Positions 44,309 to 55,879 of a stretch of 64,000 nucleotides of DNA are shown here, one piece after another. Position numbers and translations under genes: made by a program. Every line of letters begins with the position of its first letter. Within the stretch, counting starts at the first letter, position 1. Source of the DNA: a virus (taxonomy: Duplodnaviria > Caudoviricetes). The stretch spans positions 1 to 64,000 of the IMG/VR virus record IMGVR_UViG_3300023174_000048; one strand, written 5' to 3'. The notes under the pieces were generated by a model that ran no database searches, was not told where the DNA came from, and saw nothing but the letters and a program-made list of their open reading frames with translations.

Positions 44309-47300
44309 ATGGTTGACAATATCAAAATTATTGGATTAAATCCTAATCAAAGTCCAACGCCAACAAAAAGTGTTACTCCAACACCTACAAAAACACCTAC
44401 AAACACTCCAACAAATACTATAACTCCGACAAAAAGTCAAACACCAACAGCAACCCCGACAGTAACATCAACAGTAACTCCCACCAAAACAGCCACAAGA
44501 ACACCTACAAAATCTTTATGTGTATGGAATGGATATGGCCAAGTATGGTTAGCTAACTGTAATAATGAGAAAATTAATGTTCGTTGGATTAGAACTTCTA
44601 ATAATAACAACTGGACTGGAACATTTAATTATGGCTCAAACAGCATAACATCAACAATAACATATAATGCAAATTTATTAAATTTAAAAAATACAAGTTG
44701 CAAAGATTTATGGACAGTAACTTTTAATTTTAGTTGTGTTCCTTATGGTCAATCTTTAGCATATGATTTACCTCATTGTTCATGTAATAGTCCTGGAATT
44801 ATTGTAATTAGTAGTTCAGCATCTAACTGTATGTGTACTACTCCAACACCAACTCCAACAATTACAGCAACAAATACTCAAACACCAACCCCCACACCAA
44901 CAAATACTCAAACAAAAACTCCCACACCAAGCAATACGGTTACGCCAACTCCCACACCAACAACAACCCAAACAAAAACTCCAACACCAAGTAATACTGT
45001 TACGCCAACTCCCACAATTACTGTAACACGAACAAGCGGTCTGACAAAAACGCCAACCCCAACACCAACAGTAACTCCAACTACAACACAGTGCTATCCA
45101 GATGTTCCTACGGGATTATTAGCAGAATGTGGTTCATGTGAGTCTGGCTCATTAATTAATTTAAGTTGGTTCCCTCCAACATCATCTTGTTTAAATGGAT
45201 TTGACGTACAAATGTTGGTAAATAATACTATTGTATATAATACATATGTAGTCGCGGGGCAAAATAGTATTGGAATACCATTATTTTCAGACAATAGAAC
45301 TTACACATTTAGAATACGATCTTCTTCTGGCTTTGGAGGTAATAATTTTAGTCAATGGATAGAATTCCCTGGATCCTTTACTAATAATATCTGTTGCCCA
45401 ACTAGTACTCCAACTCCAACACCAACACCAACTAAAAATCTAAAGTGTAATAATTCATGGCCAAATATCCCAAGTGCGGGAGTATCGCCGGGATCTATTA
45501 TTGGATTAACATCTGGAGCTATATGGGCAGCTGTTTCTTACTGGAAATATCCATTTAGATTTATAAAAGATAGGAATGTAACAAACGACCAGAGTACTAA
45601 TGGTATAAATTTTATTATTGGAGAACAAATATTAGTAAGAGTAGCACCGTTTTATGATGTCCTTCTTGGTATTCCAGGAAATTATATAATAAATAATATT
45701 GTATATAATGAAGATTATTCAGGAATGTTTACTGCTGACACTCTATATGTCTCATGTTTAGATACTGATTTAACTTTTACAGATACTTATGTATTAAATT
45801 TTATTGATGAATCACAGCCAAATTATACTGATACCCAATATGGCAATCTGGTTGGAAATCTCTGGCCTGTTGATGTAAAATACTTCAACGAATCAGTATC
45901 ACCATCGGCTCGTAAATTTGTGGCAGCTTTTGACATTGATACCAATTATGAGGTAGCAAATCCATCACAAGGCTGGGGTGAGATTTGGCCGTCTGGTGCT
46001 GTTGGCGACATAGCAAATAGTCTATGCTCTTTACCAATACCCAAACAAAACATTATTCAAACTTCTAGACCAACTCCAGAATCACAAAATATATTTTTAA
46101 ATTATGTACAAAATCAAATCGTAAACACATTGCAATGGGGTACATTTGATGAAATAAAAAGTAATTCTCCAAATGCTAAATTTGTTCTTATTGTGGATGA
46201 TAGCGGATCTATGACATATGAGTTGGTCCAAACTGCTCTTGAATCTTTAAAAAGTATTATACTTGCAGCTGGCCTTGATTGTGTAATATTAACACTATGT
46301 AAAAACGAAAGATGGCTACAGTGGTCTGCTTACGTTTTAAATAATATAACAACTATTCATGACCCTAATTTTAAAGAAGATATGTGTAACTGTTCATTAC
46401 GCTTTGAAGATAGTGATGGATGTTCAGTTATGGTTGAATTTACCAATCCATATGATGGATCTATTATACGCCAAGATGGATCTGCCGCAAGTCCACTACA
46501 ATATTGGTCTATACATCCTATGTTATCTTCTGGAAATTGTCCAGCACCTTTAGATAGGAGAGATCCATTTGATGCTACTGGTATTACAATATTAAGTTAT
46601 AGGATATCCAATCTTATTTCTCCTGTTCCTGGCGGATCTTCCTCAGATACTGATAATATAAATATTACAGCAAAATTAAAATGTAAAAATGGTACATTTA
46701 TGCTTGATGTAGTATCTGATTATGCTTTTTGGGAAACTTGTACTGGTGGAACCAGTAGTAGTGATCATGCTTATTTATATTGGGATAATATAGAAATACC
46801 AGTTAATGGTCTTGGCTATCCAGATGGTGTTGTTAATTTGGGAGATCCAACTAGAGCTGAGACATGCTTTAATCAAGATATAGAACTCAAACCATATGAT
46901 AATATTAATATTAAATTTACTTATATTGGAACAGATATTATTCCAAATAATCCATGTGAACCATATAGAAATTCTGCAAATTTTAATAGTTCTGCTGACT
47001 GGGGTGGTCAAAATGGTAATATTACTACAGTAGGAACTAACGGTAGCCCTAGTTATTATGGTACATATGATCAAAGTGGTAATGTGAATGAATGGATAGA
47101 TGGAATAGGAGAAAAATTAGTTCGTGGAGGAGGCTATCCAGGATTATTAAGTAATCAAAACTCTGCAAATCGTGGACAACGTAGACAAACGTTTAATTCT
47201 TCGCAGGGCTCTTTAGGTTTTAGAGTAGCGTCTAGCTCACCAGGACCATCATTAGTAAAAATAGGAAATCCGGGTAATATTAATGATTCAACAGGATACG

Positions 47301-50300
47301 GGGCGGTTGCTGTTGATTACTATATCGGAAAATATGAAATTACTAATAGTGATTATATAGAATTTTTAAATGCAGTTGCTAAACAAGATACTCATTATTT
47401 ATATAACAGTCAACTTGAAACCAATATTCGAAGCGGAATAGTGCGTCAAGGAATTGATAGCAATTATTTTTATAGCGCTAAAGATAATATGTGTAATAAA
47501 CCAATTAATTTTGTGAGTTGGTTCAATGCTGCGAGATATTGCAACTGGCTGCATAATGGTAAACCAACTGGACCTCAAAATAGTAACACAACAGAAGATG
47601 GAGCATACTCTCTTTCTTCGATAGATTCTGATAATCCTATTATATATAAAAATAATAATGCTAAGTATTGGATACCAACAGAAAATGAATGGTATAAGGC
47701 AGCGTACTATAGTCCAGTAAAAAGAGGGGTTAACTCGCCAGGATATTATACCTACTCTACACAGAGCGACACAGAACCATCTTCCATATCCGCCAATAGC
47801 GTAGGAAATGGAAATGCAAGAATTAGTGATTATACATGTTCTGTTCCTACTATCACAGCCACTCCAACCCCCACATCAACAGTAACTCCAACACCAACGC
47901 AAACATTACCAGATAATTTAATGCGAATAAATAATCTATCATTCTGTGAAGACAATAGTGAAATTGGCGCGGCTATTATAGTTACTTGGAATATAATAAA
48001 TAGTGATATAAATCTTAATCAAATCTATTGTTTGGCATATCAAAAATACCCTGGAGATGATTGGACATATTATAAGTCATTAAATGGCAATATAAAATAT
48101 TATACAATAAATGGTAGTGAGATTAAAATAACTCAAAATTTTAATATGTTCGGCGGACCAGATATAATACCATATGGCATAAGATTGGTTTTGGTACCAA
48201 ATGAATTAGCTTATAATTTTGTTTTTTCATTAAACGAGACAGATACTACAGGATGTCTTGTGTCTGAAGCTTTTAATAGTTCACTATTGTGTTTTACTCC
48301 AACCCCCACATCAACAGTAACTCCAACGCCAGGATTAACTAGAACACCTACACCAACTCCAACTCCAACAAGTATGTCTAAAAGCTGTTATTCTGTTAAA
48401 GATGTTTGTTGTTGTATATATAGTACTCAAGAAGATAATAATATATTAAACGGTCTTCTTACATGGACACCCATAGATTCTACATGCAAGTTTGATCGTT
48501 ATCAGATTGCTCAATATGATTCTATTACTAATATTTGGCGAATGTTATTTAGCTTGGATCGTTCGTATAATAGTTGTCCAATACAGATATCTACTAATAT
48601 GTTATATTCTAAATTTAGAATAAAACCAATAAATATTACTTATGGTCTAGTAGGCGATTGGGTAGAATCTAAAGACATAAGTAGCACAGGACCAATATGC
48701 AATGGAGATTCATGTGACAATAAGGTTTCTGTTTATAACGTATCTGCACAATGTAACTGTGGAGTCATAGGAACAGAGTCATCAAATAATCAGTCTAGTA
48801 TATTAGATAATTCAATTTTAGTAAATTTTAAATGTAATGATAATGATATTACAGCATTCACTATAGACTATATAGCATCATCATCACAAAATTATTATCA
48901 ACCAGAAACAAAATTTTCTTTTCCTATAGAATCAAAACTACTAACTGACACTATAAGTTCTAATGTTTTAGAATTAGAATATAATAATCAATTTAAAAAA
49001 AGTATAATTACTAGTTACTCATACATTACCATTAATAATATTAAATATAATATTATATCTTCTAATATTTTTATTGATAAAGTTGTAATTAATATATCAC
49101 AAAGAGTTAACATATCTGCTGGATCAATAGTTTTTGTAGAACAATGGGCAACAGCAGGATTAATCGATCAATCTATGACTATAGAAAATTTAACTAGAAA
49201 TTCTGATAATTCTATAAGCTTTAAAGCGCGCCCTAATACCAGTAATCAGTTTATTATTTTTGATCCTTGCTTACCAACTATTAGAATTGGAGCCCTTGGT
49301 ATAGACAGAAGTATCAATGGATTCCAACAACAGCTTGATAGTCTAAAAACTATAGCAAATACAACATTATGTACTAATGACATGGCAGTAGCTGCTCCGA
49401 TAGACTTAACAATTCAATGCGATAAGATAAACAATCAATCAACAGTATTATTTAGTTGGACTCCTCCAACTGACATTAACGGAATAACAACATATCAATT
49501 GGATGCTTATAATCCAAGTTTTGGCTGGTATAGTGATACAGCTGGGTATATGGATCAGATTGTATGGAAGAATAGATATCCTATAAGAGATCCATACGAC
49601 AATACTTTTGAAATTAGTGTTATAGGAAGAAATAATATTCCCAATAAAATGGCCTTATTATCTTCTGAGTTTGGTACTAATTTAAATCTTAATTATTCAT
49701 TTAGAATAAGGTCATTAAATGAATATACTGGAGAATATAGTAGTTGGAGCAATGTGATAGCGGGTATAAATCCATTTAAATGTTGGGATCATGGAATACA
49801 CATCTCAGACATAATGGTTGGAGACGAAGGTTTTTCTGATAAGTCTAGACAATTTACTATAACTTTTGATCAAAATATAGGCTGTTGGAAAAACTTCCAA
49901 TATAAAACATATAATCCTAACACTGTCAGTTCTGCACAATGGATTGATGTAAAAACACAAACATCAGCAACAACAGATTGTTCACAATTCATTACTAATG
50001 TAATTATACCAGATGTAGATTCATCAATTTGCTTTAAGTTCTATTCTGTAGACTCTGGCGGGAATACAGTCGAAACTAGTAATGAATATTGCTTAAGTGT
50101 TCCTCCTGTTATTCCTCCAATTATTGATCCTCCTCCTCCGGTATGTCCAGATACAGTATTGAGTAGTATAAGGGTGATGTATAGTAATACTAACGGTAAA
50201 GGTCCGTGTGGAGGTGGGCATAATTGTAATAGAGCACAATTTATTTTATCTATTAATGATATTTTTATAGGAAATGTTAATCTTAATAATGCTGGTGGAG

Positions 50301-50854
50301 GCACTGACCCTGGTACACCAACAAATCCTAGTGATTTTCCAAGTTTAATTCCAATAGGATCACAAGATAGAGGAAATAAATTTAATATACCATTTGATAG
50401 TTTAGGTAATACGATGATTACTCCTATATTATTAAATAACGGATCATTGGGATATAAAATTAATTTGATTTGTGCAAATAATCAAAATATAATGATGCCA
50501 CTATGCGATTTAACTCAAGACACAGATTGGATTTATAGTGGAAGTGGTCCTAAATGTAATCCTTTATTAAATAATAATAATTTATGGATGTCTGACGGAT
50601 CAACATTTAGCACTTTCAAGTGTTGTGCTGCTCATTCAGATAGTTATACGTATGTTGGCGGATCTAATGGTTGTCATACTGGAATAGCATGGATTGAACT
50701 ATTAGACATTGATAATAATATAGTGTTAAGTTGCTGTGTTCCTGTTGATACAGTATCATACATATTAACAGATAATGCTAAGTGCTTAGATACACAAAAT
50801 AGTTTACAAAATAATACTTTTGGTCTAGAATTTTTAACTATTACAAATAATTAG
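44309..50854 (+). CDS. giant Thr/Pro-repeat multidomain protein (vWA-like, FGE-sulfatase-like, FN3-like domains); probable virion/surface protein
   Basis: 2181 aa ORF; TPTP blocks, IVDDSGSM, GTYDQSGNVNEW, EWYKAAYY, YSFRIRS..YSSWSN. Confidence 0.75.
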   Translation: MVDNIKIIGLNPNQSPTPTKSVTPTPTKTPTNTPTNTITPTKSQTPTATPTVTSTVTPTKTATRTPTKSLCVWNGYGQVWLANCNNEKINVRWIRTSNNNNWTGTFNYGSNSITSTITYNANLLNLKNTSCKDLWTVTFNFSCVPYGQSLAYDLPHCSCNSPGIIVISSSASNCMCTTPTPTPTITATNTQTPTPTPTNTQTKTPTPSNTVTPTPTPTTTQTKTPTPSNTVTPTPTITVTRTSGLTKTPTPTPTVTPTTTQCYPDVPTGLLAECGSCESGSLINLSWFPPTSSCLNGFDVQMLVNNTIVYNTYVVAGQNSIGIPLFSDNRTYTFRIRSSSGFGGNNFSQWIEFPGSFTNNICCPTSTPTPTPTPTKNLKCNNSWPNIPSAGVSPGSIIGLTSGAIWAAVSYWKYPFRFIKDRNVTNDQSTNGINFIIGEQILVRVAPFYDVLLGIPGNYIINNIVYNEDYSGMFTADTLYVSCLDTDLTFTDTYVLNFIDESQPNYTDTQYGNLVGNLWPVDVKYFNESVSPSARKFVAAFDIDTNYEVANPSQGWGEIWPSGAVGDIANSLCSLPIPKQNIIQTSRPTPESQNIFLNYVQNQIVNTLQWGTFDEIKSNSPNAKFVLIVDDSGSMTYELVQTALESLKSIILAAGLDCVILTLCKNERWLQWSAYVLNNITTIHDPNFKEDMCNCSLRFEDSDGCSVMVEFTNPYDGSIIRQDGSAASPLQYWSIHPMLSSGNCPAPLDRRDPFDATGITILSYRISNLISPVPGGSSSDTDNINITAKLKCKNGTFMLDVVSDYAFWETCTGGTSSSDHAYLYWDNIEIPVNGLGYPDGVVNLGDPTRAETCFNQDIELKPYDNINIKFTYIGTDIIPNNPCEPYRNSANFNSSADWGGQNGNITTVGTNGSPSYYGTYDQSGNVNEWIDGIGEKLVRGGGYPGLLSNQNSANRGQRRQTFNSSQGSLGFRVASSSPGPSLVKIGNPGNINDSTGYGAVAVDYYIGKYEITNSDYIEFLNAVAKQDTHYLYNSQLETNIRSGIVRQGIDSNYFYSAKDNMCNKPINFVSWFNAARYCNWLHNGKPTGPQNSNTTEDGAYSLSSIDSDNPIIYKNNNAKYWIPTENEWYKAAYYSPVKRGVNSPGYYTYSTQSDTEPSSISANSVGNGNARISDYTCSVPTITATPTPTSTVTPTPTQTLPDNLMRINNLSFCEDNSEIGAAIIVTWNIINSDINLNQIYCLAYQKYPGDDWTYYKSLNGNIKYYTINGSEIKITQNFNMFGGPDIIPYGIRLVLVPNELAYNFVFSLNETDTTGCLVSEAFNSSLLCFTPTPTSTVTPTPGLTRTPTPTPTPTSMSKSCYSVKDVCCCIYSTQEDNNILNGLLTWTPIDSTCKFDRYQIAQYDSITNIWRMLFSLDRSYNSCPIQISTNMLYSKFRIKPINITYGLVGDWVESKDISSTGPICNGDSCDNKVSVYNVSAQCNCGVIGTESSNNQSSILDNSILVNFKCNDNDITAFTIDYIASSSQNYYQPETKFSFPIESKLLTDTISSNVLELEYNNQFKKSIITSYSYITINNIKYNIISSNIFIDKVVINISQRVNISAGSIVFVEQWATAGLIDQSMTIENLTRNSDNSISFKARPNTSNQFIIFDPCLPTIRIGALGIDRSINGFQQQLDSLKTIANTTLCTNDMAVAAPIDLTIQCDKINNQSTVLFSWTPPTDINGITTYQLDAYNPSFGWYSDTAGYMDQIVWKNRYPIRDPYDNTFEISVIGRNNIPNKMALLSSEFGTNLNLNYSFRIRSLNEYTGEYSSWSNVIAGINPFKCWDHGIHISDIMVGDEGFSDKSRQFTITFDQNIGCWKNFQYKTYNPNTVSSAQWIDVKTQTSATTDCSQFITNVIIPDVDSSICFKFYSVDSGGNTVETSNEYCLSVPPVIPPIIDPPPPVCPDTVLSSIRVMYSNTNGKGPCGGGHNCNRAQFILSINDIFIGNVNLNNAGGGTDPGTPTNPSDFPSLIPIGSQDRGNKFNIPFDSLGNTMITPILLNNGSLGYKINLICANNQNIMMPLCDLTQDTDWIYSGSGPKCNPLLNNNNLWMSDGSTFSTFKCCAAHSDSYTYVGGSNGCHTGIAWIELLDIDNNIVLSCCVPVDTVSYILTDNAKCLDTQNSLQNNTFGLEFLTITNN
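44346..45090 (+). repeat. Thr/Pro low-complexity repeat blocks
   Basis: ACT/ACA-CCA codon repeats, duplicated TQTKTPTPSNTVTPTP units around 44870-45020. Confidence 0.85.
47861..48327 (+). repeat. 32-nt exact direct repeat (47861-47892 and 48296-48327)
   Basis: ACTCCAACCCCCACATCAACAGTAACTCCAAC occurs twice. Confidence 0.8.
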
Positions 50855-50864
50855 GAATGTAATT

Positions 50865-53800
50865 ATGTCAATTTATGATAATGTGTTTTTTGAAGGTTTC
50901 AGTATACGAGATGATCAAAATATTATTCGTTTAGATCCATACTATTGGACTACTAATACATTATATACTAATGATCAATTATATGGACTAGACTCTGGCG
51001 ATTCAGGATTTATATTCCAAGCTTATGATGAAAATTTACGAGGTCAAAATTATATAACATTACAAAATTTTAAACAAATACCAAATTATTTTTCTTTGTA
51101 TTTTTGGACTAGTGGATCACTAATGCCTAAAAAAGTATTAAGAACAGTTATTAATGGCTATCCTCAATATGAATATCCTTCTTGGAATATTTTAACATTA
51201 TGGTCTAGTAGTGGTCCAGTTACACTTACTGTTGTTCCTGTTTATAGTTATGATCCTGCTGGTTGTTTAGAAAATTTATATTATAATCTTGTTGTTAATT
51301 TTGGAGCATCCACTTTTACTTATAATTTAAATCTAAATAATGAGATTAATGATCTTGCAATAGGCGGATTGAACTTTATGTCTTATATGAATGTATGGAA
51401 TTGTCAAGATAATTTTAATGCTTCAATACTTATTTTAAATTATGATATAGTTATTGAAAATAATCAACTGCGTATTTACATATCAAATCCATGGAGTAGC
51501 AGAGATAAAAAACCATTAGTAGATAGTCAAGGAAATGATTATATCAATGTAGACTCTAATAATGAAATTTTTGGAATAACATTTTATAATAATAAAGTTG
51601 CTGCTAATGAAATAGATACAGGATCACCACCTACTGTATTATATAATGTTATTGTTAATGCTCCTTTTTTAAGTAATACAATAAATAAATATCGTGTTAA
51701 AAATAATAAAGGAAATAAAGTAAAATCAAGTATTGATTCATGGCGATCTATAATAGATAAAAATAATACTAGCAATAGTAGTATTGTAAATTCATTAATT
51801 AATAAGGATACTAATTTTATTTATCCGATTGTAAAACCAGCAATATTAAAATTTGAAGATGATACTGGCACACCTGGACTAGATGGTTTAGAACCTCCAG
51901 TAGTTGGAGATGTAATTAAATCAACAAAAATTATTAATCTATTAAAGCTCAATACTCTTCCAGAAGATGAAACAACATGTTTTACTAACATATTAGATGA
52001 TGGAACTAAAATATATCCTCTTGGAGATACTAAATATTTATCTCCATCTAATGATTATTCTACACTTACTAGTATAGTTCCAAATAATCCGTCTACAAAC
52101 CTTGAATGGTCAGTAGATGATTTAAATAATATGAAATTTGGATTTATTTATCCAAGTGGGGCTTTAAAATGCTCTCCTGCTACAAGATATTCATTGTTAA
52201 ATATAATACCACAAAAAACTAAACTTAATTGGTTAGAGCCAGATTGTTTTTCTACTCTAGGAGTTAATAGTCAAGAATTTCAAGTATCATATGATTGTGG
52301 AAGCACATGGAATACAGTAAATTATGGAGTAATAAATAAAGAATTATTAAATGTTCCATATGCAGATTGGCCAAAAGCATTATATGAGCTATCTACTTTG
52401 GCTGATTATAATCCTCCATCTCCTCAAACAAATTGTGGACAAAATCCAACTCGCTACCGAATGAGATATGCTGATCTAAGCAAAAAATGTTCATATGGAG
52501 AATGGGTAGATTTCACTTTGTTCAATATTCCAACTCCCACTCCAACTAAAACACCAACTAAAACACCAACGCCAACACTAACTCCATCATCAACAAAAGT
52601 ATTAAATTGTTTTAATATAATAACACAGCCTACAGATCAATTTTTAAATCAATCAGATGGATCAACTGCAACTTTCCAAGCAACTTTAAGTTCAGAAGCG
52701 CTTAGTAAAATTGGACTTTTTCCTGATGGTTGGAACTATGGGAATAATCATATGGTATGGGAGTTCTGGTCCCCGCTAGATGGATATTGGCTCCCTGTTA
52801 ATCTTATATGTTCTGCTGTTGATGGATATTTTTCAGCAATTGATGGGGGTAATTATTATGATAACTGTAATGCTCCATATCCTCTTAATGACACAGATTC
52901 TTTAACTATAACATATAAAGCAAGTGATATTCCTCCAGGGGGCACAGAACCTTTAGTATGGAGTAATGTTGCTATCCGTAGAGGAGGTTCGCAACTTGGA
53001 AGTATATATGATATAAGTTTTAGATTAGCAATAGCTTTTAATACTCCAGTATACTTTCCAGGATATGGGAATCAGAATGTATGTTATTCAAATGTTGTTA
53101 AACTTTTAAGAAGTCCCGCTACTCCAACACCAACACCAACAAGAACACAAACACAAACACCGACTAAATATTTAACAGCAACACCAACAAAATCAACAAC
53201 TCCAACAAATAGTATAACACCTAGCATAACAAACACACCCACTATAACTTCAACACCAACAGTAACTCCAACATCAACTCAGCCAGGATCTCTTCGTAAT
53301 GCTATTATGATGCCGGATATTAATGGTATAAATGTAGAGTGGATTAGCCCATATAATGACAGCTCAACTATTGGTTTTAGAATAACTGCTATTTATGTTT
53401 ACGGAAATGGACTATCTACAAATTATGCACAACATTCATATATTGATGTTTTAATTGGAGATGCTGGTCTTAACAACTATTGTACTAATCTTATATTAGA
53501 AAAAGGATCAGATAATTGTTGGTCATATAATATTGGAGGAGTTAATGATCAAAATGTTCTTTATTTAGTAACTGTAACTCCAATAACAGCTAATGGACCG
53601 GCATATGTTAAAGGGGTTTATGCTCGTGTAACACAGAGTTTTTGGGATACTCATCCATCATATCAAGAAAGAATACATAATGTTAGTGATATTATTTATA
53701 GTAATGCAAAGGCTATGGTAAGCAATCCTTTTGGAACATGGGACTATAATAGTAGTCTCGTTAATTATTATAATCATGATATATATACAGTTCCTGGGGA

Positions 53801-55877
53801 TTTTGCATTTGTGGCCGTAGAACCAACGCCAATCCCAACAACTTCTAATACTCCAACTACAACACCAAGTACCACTCCAACAAGAACCCCAACCAACTCT
53901 GTTACTCCAACCAACTCTGTTACTCCAACACCAGGATTAACAAAAACACCAACACCATCAATAACTAAAACTCAAACTCCAACTAATAGCGCAACACCAA
54001 CAACGGGTTTAACTCGTACACCAACCCCAACTACTAGTCCAACAACAACACCTACTAATAGCATAACACCAAGCATAACAAAAACAAAAACCCCAACGCC
54101 ATCATTTACAAGTACTCCAAGAATAATTATTATTCCATTAACAACACCAACACCAACAAACACTCCAACAAACACAACAACTCCTACAAAAACGCCAACA
54201 AGTTCAGTAACTCCAAGTAATACTGTTACAAGAACTCAGACACCGAGTGCTACACAGACTAGAACTCCAACAGGAACAAATTTAATACCAGGAGTATCAT
54301 TAACTCCAACATCAAGTAAAACGCCAACACCAACAGCAACACCCACTAAAACTGCAACACCCACTAAAACAGCCACTCAAACTAGAACACCAACAGTTAC
54401 CCCTTCATCAACTAAAGCCCCATTGCCATCAATAGCATGGGGAGCATATAGTTTTAATATTACAGATGGTTCACTTTCAGCTGGATTTTCTACGACAGGA
54501 GGATTCTATAGATATGATTGTGTTATGGATGAATACGGTAATAAGTTTCATGTTATAGTAGGAAATGAAAGAGAAATAAGAGGAGGATCAATAGTTGTAG
54601 GAAGAGTATATGATATTTTTGTTTCTAGAGATTTTATAACATGGAATAAATATCCTTCAATAAATGAATCAATATCATCAAATGCTGTATTAATTAGTAA
54701 TCCAACCGTTTTTAGTGGTCCAGTTAATCCTAGTGTTAATTTTTCTACACCAGTTGTGTATTTTGCATTAATTAATAAAATTGGTTCTACCGTAACAAAA
54801 CTATGTAGATATGCGTATGGAGATTCTTCATCAACAGTTGAAGCGTCAGTGCCTCTTCAAAATAATGCTTTTCCACCCAATTTTTTTCTTGGTGGCGAAC
54901 GTAGATATACCATATCAACAGCTTGGGGCATGACTGATACCTACCCAAGTGGTAACAATAGAAAAAATTCTATAATAGTAAAATGGGGAATATATAATAG
55001 TCCCACTGGCAATGGAATATTCTCAACTAATGCAGCACAATTTGATTCTGGATACTCTACAACATCAAAAGCACATTTAAGATTTATATCAGAAATTGGA
55101 AATGAAGGCAATACTTATAAGACATTTCTTTTTAGAGATAGCGTTAATGGATTATTAACAGCAGTGAATTATTTAGATCCGAATCTTTCAGAAAATGTTG
55201 ATCAAGATCGAAACTTGTGCAACTCCAATGGACCTTCATCTTCTTATGATTATAATATAATGGATGCTGGATTATCAATAACTTCAACATGGAAATATAT
55301 TAATCCTAATGAATGTAAAAAATATACCAATCCACCACTATATGCTAATATATATAGTTTATATGATCAAAAAAGAAGATTAGATTATCTTGAATCCCCT
55401 CTTCTGCCACATTCTGATATTTGGGGTAAATATTATAATATTAGATATTCTTATGCTTTTGATAATACTATATATGTTATAAGTAATGAATTTTATGATA
55501 TAATTATAACTAAAAAACAAAAATTTACTAAATCATACCAGACTCTGCCTCGCTCATATATTGCAGACAGTCTAGACGAATCAATAACTAAGGATAGAAA
55601 TATAGAATATGGATTTAGTCAAAATCCAAACAATGTTGTTAATTATACATTTAATGCTAATGAATTTTGTGAACAAAATAATTGTTGCAATTGGCCGACA
55701 TCACCAAATAAACCTGGTGCTTGTTATAATTTAGTTAGTAGAGATAGATGCTTTGTTCCAGCTGGATATGTAAGCTCTTATGTAGATCATATATTTTTAC
55801 CACCAGTTTTAATAAATAATACTATTTATATGGTTTCAAAAAACTTTAATACTATTTTTATGGGCACTATACAATAA
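50865..55877 (+). CDS. giant Thr/Pro-repeat multidomain protein; probable virion/surface protein
   Basis: 1670 aa ORF; long TPT block at ~53820-54420, Ig-like IITQPTDQ start. Confidence 0.75.
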   Translation: MSIYDNVFFEGFSIRDDQNIIRLDPYYWTTNTLYTNDQLYGLDSGDSGFIFQAYDENLRGQNYITLQNFKQIPNYFSLYFWTSGSLMPKKVLRTVINGYPQYEYPSWNILTLWSSSGPVTLTVVPVYSYDPAGCLENLYYNLVVNFGASTFTYNLNLNNEINDLAIGGLNFMSYMNVWNCQDNFNASILILNYDIVIENNQLRIYISNPWSSRDKKPLVDSQGNDYINVDSNNEIFGITFYNNKVAANEIDTGSPPTVLYNVIVNAPFLSNTINKYRVKNNKGNKVKSSIDSWRSIIDKNNTSNSSIVNSLINKDTNFIYPIVKPAILKFEDDTGTPGLDGLEPPVVGDVIKSTKIINLLKLNTLPEDETTCFTNILDDGTKIYPLGDTKYLSPSNDYSTLTSIVPNNPSTNLEWSVDDLNNMKFGFIYPSGALKCSPATRYSLLNIIPQKTKLNWLEPDCFSTLGVNSQEFQVSYDCGSTWNTVNYGVINKELLNVPYADWPKALYELSTLADYNPPSPQTNCGQNPTRYRMRYADLSKKCSYGEWVDFTLFNIPTPTPTKTPTKTPTPTLTPSSTKVLNCFNIITQPTDQFLNQSDGSTATFQATLSSEALSKIGLFPDGWNYGNNHMVWEFWSPLDGYWLPVNLICSAVDGYFSAIDGGNYYDNCNAPYPLNDTDSLTITYKASDIPPGGTEPLVWSNVAIRRGGSQLGSIYDISFRLAIAFNTPVYFPGYGNQNVCYSNVVKLLRSPATPTPTPTRTQTQTPTKYLTATPTKSTTPTNSITPSITNTPTITSTPTVTPTSTQPGSLRNAIMMPDINGINVEWISPYNDSSTIGFRITAIYVYGNGLSTNYAQHSYIDVLIGDAGLNNYCTNLILEKGSDNCWSYNIGGVNDQNVLYLVTVTPITANGPAYVKGVYARVTQSFWDTHPSYQERIHNVSDIIYSNAKAMVSNPFGTWDYNSSLVNYYNHDIYTVPGDFAFVAVEPTPIPTTSNTPTTTPSTTPTRTPTNSVTPTNSVTPTPGLTKTPTPSITKTQTPTNSATPTTGLTRTPTPTTSPTTTPTNSITPSITKTKTPTPSFTSTPRIIIIPLTTPTPTNTPTNTTTPTKTPTSSVTPSNTVTRTQTPSATQTRTPTGTNLIPGVSLTPTSSKTPTPTATPTKTATPTKTATQTRTPTVTPSSTKAPLPSIAWGAYSFNITDGSLSAGFSTTGGFYRYDCVMDEYGNKFHVIVGNEREIRGGSIVVGRVYDIFVSRDFITWNKYPSINESISSNAVLISNPTVFSGPVNPSVNFSTPVVYFALINKIGSTVTKLCRYAYGDSSSTVEASVPLQNNAFPPNFFLGGERRYTISTAWGMTDTYPSGNNRKNSIIVKWGIYNSPTGNGIFSTNAAQFDSGYSTTSKAHLRFISEIGNEGNTYKTFLFRDSVNGLLTAVNYLDPNLSENVDQDRNLCNSNGPSSSYDYNIMDAGLSITSTWKYINPNECKKYTNPPLYANIYSLYDQKRRLDYLESPLLPHSDIWGKYYNIRYSYAFDNTIYVISNEFYDIIITKKQKFTKSYQTLPRSYIADSLDESITKDRNIEYGFSQNPNNVVNYTFNANEFCEQNNCCNWPTSPNKPGACYNLVSRDRCFVPAGYVSSYVDHIFLPPVLINNTIYMVSKNFNTIFMGTIQ
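53820..54420 (+). repeat. ~200-aa Thr/Pro/Ser mucin-like block with 18-nt tandem duplication at 53891-53926
   Basis: direct reading. Confidence 0.85.
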
Positions 55878-55879
55878 TT

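Noticed and set aside
46970-47830. Diversity-generating retroelement target
   Set aside because: The CLec/FGE fold is present, but no reverse transcriptase or adenine-variant template repeat is seen in the window.
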